Below, in pieces: positions 8,696 to 14,765 of a DNA stretch of 14,765 nt. The notes under the pieces were generated by a model. That model ran no database searches, had not been told where the DNA came from, and saw nothing but the letters and a program-made list of their open reading frames with translations. Position numbers and translations under genes: made by a program. Numbering within the stretch: the first letter of the stretch is position 1; every line of letters begins with the position of its first letter. The stretch is from Nanobdellati archaeon (GTDB taxonomy: Archaea; EX4484-52; WAPT01), in contig WAPT01000021.1 in NCBI GenBank assembly GCA_015520605.1, positions 1 to 14,765 on the forward strand, written 5' to 3'.

Positions 8696-8979
8696 AATCC
8701 CAGCACCTTTCTAGAGATAAGATCATCCTTGCTGTGGATCTCATACACACATTTTTCACTTAAACTTAAATTTCTCTTGAAAAATTGTTGGAGTATTTGT
8801 TAGCTCACTCCAAAAATTTAATAACCCATCCTCTAAAATTTAGTTTTCAGTGTATGCTGTAAATGCATTTTGAAACGAGAAGAGGAGAATCTCAGGTTTT
8901 CTCCTGATTTTTGACGGAAAGCTGAAAACAGCTCGGGGGATGTCAGCTTTAAATATTTTCACTTTATTTTCCAATTTTC

Positions 8980-10458
8980 ATGGCATCAGATAGAGAGGAA
9001 AAAAAGGAGTTGGGCATAACGGTGAGCAAGGAAGAAAACTTTTCGGAATGGTTCAGTCAGGTTGTGTTTAAAGCTGAGCTTGCGGACATAAGGTACGGAT
9101 TGCAGGGTTTCGTGGTGCACAGAGAGTGGGGTATGCTCATCCTGCGCAGAATCTATGAGATGCTTGAAAAGAAAGTGGAAAAGGACGGGCATCTTCCTGT
9201 GCTTTTCCCCATAGCGATCCCAAAACATTTTTTTGAGAAGGAAAAGGGACACGTGGAGGGCTTTGCTCCGGAGGTATTCTGGGTGACCAAAGCCGGAGAT
9301 GATGATCTTGCCGAGCCCTTTGCTTTGAGACCAACAAGTGAGACTGCTTTTTATTCCATGTACTCTCTTTGGATAAGGAGCTGGAAGGATCTGCCCTTCA
9401 AGAGATATCAGAGCAGGATTTGCGTTTACAGGTATGAGCACACCACACGTCCATTTTTGAGGGGGAGAGAGTTCCTTTTCTTCGAGACGCACGACGCCTT
9501 CAGAACGCATGAGGAAGCTCTTGAACAGATAAAGAGAGACATGCACATACTGAAGGAAGTTGCGGAAAAGAAGCTCTTCATCCCGTTCATCTTTTTCCGC
9601 AGACCCAAATGGGATAAGTTTGCTGGAGCTGAGGATACTTATGCTGCCGATACGGTAATGCCCGATGGTAAGGTAAGCCAGATAGGTTCCACCCACGATC
9701 TTGGGCAGAGGTTCAGCAAAGCGTTTGATGTGACCTTCAAGGATAAGGACGGAAAGGACAAATATGCTTACATAACCTGTTTCGGCCCCGGTATATGGAG
9801 GATGATGGCAGCACTCATAGCCATACACGGAGATGATAAGGGTCTCGTATTGCCATCATCGGTAGCGCCGTACCATGCTGTGATAATCCCCATTTATTTC
9901 AAAGGTAAGGAGGAAATTGTGGATGAAGTCGCGACAAGTCTTAAAGGAAAGCTGGAAAGCGCGGGATTCCGCGTGATCCTTGACGATGATAAGGAAAAGA
10001 CCGCCGGTTACAAGTTCTACAAGTGGGAGCTGTACGGCGTGCCGGTGAGGATAGAGATAGGCCCTAAAGATGTGGAGAGGAATACGGTTGTTCTTGTTAG
10101 GCGCGCAGACGGGGATAGGGTAGTTGTAAGCCAGGACGAGGTTGAGAAAGCACTCAAAGAACAGCTGCTGAGGAACGATGAGGTGATAAAAGAAAGAAGC
10201 GCACGCTACCATGTTATTCATGAGGCAAAGACGCTGGAGGAGGTTAAGGAGCTTGCCGTGAAGGGCGGATTCATAAAAGCTCCCTTCTGTGGAATGGGGG
10301 AAGAAGCTGAGAGCTGCGCTGACAGATTGCAGGAGATGACAACGCTTAAAGTGAGGGGTGTGCCTCTGGATAGCGAGGAGAAACCATCCGAGGACGACAG
10401 GTGCATAATCTGCGGAAAGAAAGCCAAAGTGATAGTTTACCTTGCCAAGGCCTATTGA
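8980..10458 (+). CDS. proS: Proline--tRNA ligase, archaeal/eukaryotic type
   Basis: FSEWF, EKEKGHVEGFAPEVFWVT, LRPTSET, YRYEHTTRPFLRGREF, anticodon domain GYKFYKWELYGVPVRIEIGP, C-terminal Zn Cys set (CG...C...CIICG) and terminal AKAY. Confidence 0.98.
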   Translation: MASDREEKKELGITVSKEENFSEWFSQVVFKAELADIRYGLQGFVVHREWGMLILRRIYEMLEKKVEKDGHLPVLFPIAIPKHFFEKEKGHVEGFAPEVFWVTKAGDDDLAEPFALRPTSETAFYSMYSLWIRSWKDLPFKRYQSRICVYRYEHTTRPFLRGREFLFFETHDAFRTHEEALEQIKRDMHILKEVAEKKLFIPFIFFRRPKWDKFAGAEDTYAADTVMPDGKVSQIGSTHDLGQRFSKAFDVTFKDKDGKDKYAYITCFGPGIWRMMAALIAIHGDDKGLVLPSSVAPYHAVIIPIYFKGKEEIVDEVATSLKGKLESAGFRVILDDDKEKTAGYKFYKWELYGVPVRIEIGPKDVERNTVVLVRRADGDRVVVSQDEVEKALKEQLLRNDEVIKERSARYHVIHEAKTLEEVKELAVKGGFIKAPFCGMGEEAESCADRLQEMTTLKVRGVPLDSEEKPSEDDRCIICGKKAKVIVYLAKAY

Positions 10459-10481
10459 AAAATCAAGAGAAGGTATTGGCT

Positions 10482-11060
10482 ATGATGGCTGGTGGAAAAA
10501 CAGCTCTCCTCGCGTTTGGATTTGTGTTTTTCCTTGCAGCGGGGATTTCTATTCTTCGGAAGTACACCGAGAGTCGGGAAAAGGACGACCTGATAATGTC
10601 TTTATTTGCATTTGCGTTTTCGCTGATGCCGCTTGGCGTGCTTCTTGATAATATCAAACTCACCGTTCTTGGATTTACAGCGCTGATTATTGGCAGCATA
10701 TACTCCATTGCGCAGATGTTCTTCGGCGGTGAAAAGAGCAGGATATATCGGGCCATGATCAGGCAGATGGAGAATTATGATGGAAAGCTGAGTTACAGAG
10801 ATCTCCTCCTCACTTGGAAGCCGATAGCCTACCTTAATCAGAGATTCGGGAAATTCTGGGCTTCCGTTCTGTATTCCTTCTTTATTTCACTGGTGAGCGC
10901 GGCGCTCTTCACTCTCCTGATGGTAATAATGTCCGAAGGAGAGGTTGAATTTTTAACACCCGTTGCTTTCGGCTCGACCCTGTTTTTCATCAGCTTTGTC
11001 CGGACGTACCGTGCTCTTTCCATGGTGAACACTACTAAAAAGCGAGAGTATGGAAGATGA
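10482..11060 (+). CDS. Hypothetical integral membrane protein (about 192 aa, about 5 TM helices)
   Basis: Several long hydrophobic stretches separated by charged loops. ATG 10482 or 10485 avoids overlap with proS and follows an AAGGT element. Confidence 0.8.
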   Translation: MMAGGKTALLAFGFVFFLAAGISILRKYTESREKDDLIMSLFAFAFSLMPLGVLLDNIKLTVLGFTALIIGSIYSIAQMFFGGEKSRIYRAMIRQMENYDGKLSYRDLLLTWKPIAYLNQRFGKFWASVLYSFFISLVSAALFTLLMVIMSEGEVEFLTPVAFGSTLFFISFVRTYRALSMVNTTKKREYGR

Positions 11061-11063
11061 TCG

Positions 11064-11154
11064 GACATCCCGGAATGCCGGATGTCACCATCACCTCAGA
11101 TGGCGAAAATTCATCCGGTCAGAAATACAGCGGATAACGATCCCGTTCTGCCGG
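11064..11154. other. GC-rich intergenic element with three adjacent stem-loops
   Basis: GACATCC 11064-70 pairs with GGATGTC 11080-86. CCATC 11088-92 pairs with GATGG 11099-103. CCGG(T)CAGAA 11115-24 pairs with TTCTGCCGG 11146-54 and encloses an inner GGAT/ATCC stem. Confidence 0.45.
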
Positions 11155-11242
11155 GCTTGTTGATTCATTAAATTCTGCGATGAGGACTTCTTCCGCGTGA
11201 TATGAAAAAAGTCTTAAAATTTTCGTGCAGGATTATGGCAGT

Positions 11243-12088
11243 ATGGGCGTTGCTTCATCTATCATCAACTACACAAAGCTGACATTGCTGCTTGGATTGC
11301 TCGCAGGTATATTTCTGGCTATGGGGTATTATCTGGGAGGCACAGTAGGGATGACCATAGCTCTGATTTTGGCTTTTCTTATGAACTTTTTGGCGTACTG
11401 GTTCTCTGACAGAATCGTGCTTGCAATGTACGGGGCAAAGCCCCTGAGGGATGAGAGAGTGGAAAGAATCGTAAGGAGACTTGCGAATGAGGCAGGAATA
11501 GCCATGCCAAAACTCTATATCATCGAGAGCAATCAACCGAACGCATTTGCCACCGGCAGAAGCAAAAAAAGGTGCGCAATAGCGGTAACTAAAGGTCTGC
11601 TTGAGCTGATGGATGATGAGGAACTGGAAGGCGTGTTGAGTCACGAAGTTGCTCACATCAAGAACAGAGACATACTCATCTCAACGATAGCGGCAACTAT
11701 TGCGGCAGCGATAAGTTACATAGCCGAGATTCTCTGGTGGAGTTCGTTGTTTGGTGGAGATGATGAAGAAAGACCCTTCTGGGCTGTACTGCCGGCCATA
11801 ATCCTCGCTCCAATTGCAGCCACCTTAATTCAACTTGCCATTTCGCGCAGCAGGGAGTTTCTCGCTGATGAGACGGGAGCGAAGCTGTGCAAAAAACCTT
11901 ATACCCTGGCGTCAGCTTTAAGAAAGATAGCAAGTTATGCGGAGAGAATTCCGATGGAAAGGGGCTCAGTGGCAACAGCACACATGTGGATAATAAATCC
12001 TTTCAGCGGAGGTCTTATCGCGAGACTCTTCTCCACACACCCTCCCGTAGAGGAGAGGATAGCCAGGCTTGAGAGAATGAAAATTTGA
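11243..12088 (+). CDS. htpX: Membrane zinc metalloprotease HtpX (M48)
   Basis: PNAFATGR, HEVAH (HExxH), ISRSREFLAD and LFSTHPP with TM helices. ATG 11243 lies 22 nt after CTTAAAAT. Confidence 0.96.
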   Translation: MGVASSIINYTKLTLLLGLLAGIFLAMGYYLGGTVGMTIALILAFLMNFLAYWFSDRIVLAMYGAKPLRDERVERIVRRLANEAGIAMPKLYIIESNQPNAFATGRSKKRCAIAVTKGLLELMDDEELEGVLSHEVAHIKNRDILISTIAATIAAAISYIAEILWWSSLFGGDDEERPFWAVLPAIILAPIAATLIQLAISRSREFLADETGAKLCKKPYTLASALRKIASYAERIPMERGSVATAHMWIINPFSGGLIARLFSTHPPVEERIARLERMKI

Positions 12089-12111
12089 ATTTTTGAGACC
12101 CAAGTTCCACC

Positions 12112-12515
12112 ATGAGGGAAACACCGCAAGAATTATATGCGGAGGTGATCGGCGAGAGCAAGTTCTCAAGAAAAGAGCGCGCGGATTGAACATATACCGT
12201 TACATTCTGTTTGGAAAAAGACGAATATTGCGATGCACGTTTGGAGGCTATTAAACTGCTCATGTACCTTTATCATTTTGCTCACGGCATGAAGCTAAAC
12301 CAGATAGCCAAGTTCTATCCTTCCACCAGACCGGGCTTGCTGAGGGAGAAACTCAAAACCTTAAGAAAGAGGGTTATGTTAAAAATGAAAGAAACAGGTG
12401 GATGCTCACGGACGAGGGGAAGAGACTGGTTGAAAATTTAAAAGAAAAAGAAAATAAAGAATTCATAAGGGTGCAGAATAAAATCGAAGAGGTGTACGGA
12501 TGGGTGAGGGAATAA
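12112..12515 (+). pseudogene. Disrupted winged-helix (wHTH) protein gene with an in-frame TGA and a -1 frameshift
   Basis: From ATG 12112: MRETPQ...ERAD*(TGA 12187-89)TYTVTFCLEKDEY...LREKLKTLR. The -1 frame from 12366 reads KEGYVKNERNRWMLTDEGKRLVENLK...GWVRE* (TAA 12513-15), which is a typical wHTH wing signature. Confidence 0.72.
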
Positions 12516-12859
12516 TAGAAAAAATCGTGGAACTGTGTGATGTCAATCCTAAAATTGCAAAAAACATTCTGGCCAAGAATATTTACGGACGTACTCTCCG
12601 TGAGACGATAGGTGTGCTCGGAAACCGAGATGGTTATCCTTGTTCTGTTTCAGAAATAGTGAAGGCAACCTCGTACAGACCCAAGGGATTGAGGGATCAT
12701 AGGTCCAGAGAAAAGGATATGGAGAGGAAAGTTTTGAGATGGCTGCAGGGGGTGGGTTTTGTAGAGGGGACATCTCGCGGTAAGGGTAAGTATAGACTAA
12801 CGGAAAAAGGAAGGAAATTATACAACATTCTCAGGGAGAACGGCTTTTATAAATATTAA
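12500..12859 (+). CDS. Winged-helix DNA-binding protein
   Basis: SVSEIVKAT...LRWLQGVGFVE...GKYRLTEKGRKLY. SD GAGGTG at 12489-12494. Confidence 0.85.
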   Translation: MGEGIIEKIVELCDVNPKIAKNILAKNIYGRTLRETIGVLGNRDGYPCSVSEIVKATSYRPKGLRDHRSREKDMERKVLRWLQGVGFVEGTSRGKGKYRLTEKGRKLYNILRENGFYKY

Positions 12860-12876
12860 CTCCTCTACTGACTCCA

Positions 12877-14564
<1,688 letters not shown>

Positions 14565-14671
14565 AAAAGAATGTGGTGTGGTCCAGCTCCTTGCAATACA
14601 TTTAAACGGAACGAGAGACCGTCCGGATAAAGGCACGAAATATCTTCTCTAGAATATAAATCAAAATTAAA

Positions 14672-14717
14672 GGGCATCACCTCGCTTTCATATAAAAATT
14701 TTAAGGAGGTGATGCCC
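14672..14717. promoter_or_regulatory. Perfect 12-bp inverted repeat whose 3' arm contains the SD of the downstream ORF
   Basis: GGGCATCACCTC (14672-14683) is the exact reverse complement of GAGGTGATGCCC (14706-14717), with a 22-nt AT-rich spacer. Confidence 0.7.
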
Positions 14718-14718
14718 C

Positions 14719-14765
14719 ATGCAAGCACTCAGCTTAATAGAAAACATTATCTCAAAGATATTTAA
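14719..14765 (+). CDS. N-terminus of an unknown ORF running off the right edge (MQALSLIENIISKIF...)
   Basis: Strong SD GGAGGTGA at 14705-14712 lies 6 nt before the ATG. The frame is open to the window end. Confidence 0.6.
   Translation, partial: MQALSLIENIISKIF

Noticed and set aside
5389-8803. Ser/Phe/Leu-rich + strand ORFs over rad50, the membrane gene and mre11
   Set aside because: They are shadow frames of Glu/Lys-rich genes on the opposite strand.
8986-10221. Long antisense ORFs (280 and 121 aa) in exact codon register opposite proS, reminiscent of sense/antisense synthetase coding
   Set aside because: They are explained by scarcity of TTA, CTA and TCA codons in proS. The translation shows no HIGH/KMSKS or other recognisable motif.
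11085-11122. Minus-strand CTGA-cc-GGATGA-N11-CTGA resembling half a box C/D sRNA, with a loose likeness to the fluoride riboswitch
   Set aside because: There is no proper RTGATGA C box at the right distance and the riboswitch pairings are missing. An Rfam or snoscan search would settle it.
11058-11171. UGA followed by a hairpin and 36 more open codons, suggesting selenocysteine or stop read-through
   Set aside because: An open run of 36 codons is common by chance. There is no redox motif, no recognisable SECIS, and the extension does not look like a folded domain.

Overview
Gene-dense archaeal chromosomal segment. The Lys/Glu-rich proteins, GGAGGTGA Shine-Dalgarno (SD) sites, TATA-like boxes and the style of the Mre11/NurA motifs suggest a thermophilic, probably DPANN-type archaeon; this taxonomy is inference. 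Left to right it holds the 5' part of endonuclease III (missed by the ORF track), a stand-alone tRNA-binding OB-fold protein, a HAD-IIA phosphatase, nurA, an orphan protein, rad50, a small membrane protein, mre11, proS, a membrane protein, htpX, a broken winged-helix gene coupled to an intact one, a rhomboid protease, deoxyhypusine synthase and the start of an unknown ORF. I saw no tRNA, rRNA, CRISPR array or transposase. The best leads are: a perfect 12-bp hairpin that locks up the SD of the last ORF; a hidden winged-helix gene interrupted by UGA and a -1 shift at AGA-AAG; an Asp/His exchange in the NurA active-site motifs within a rearranged cluster lacking herA; a GC-rich multi-hairpin element before htpX; and a Thermococcales-like deoxyhypusine synthase. 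None of these establishes a new system from sequence alone.
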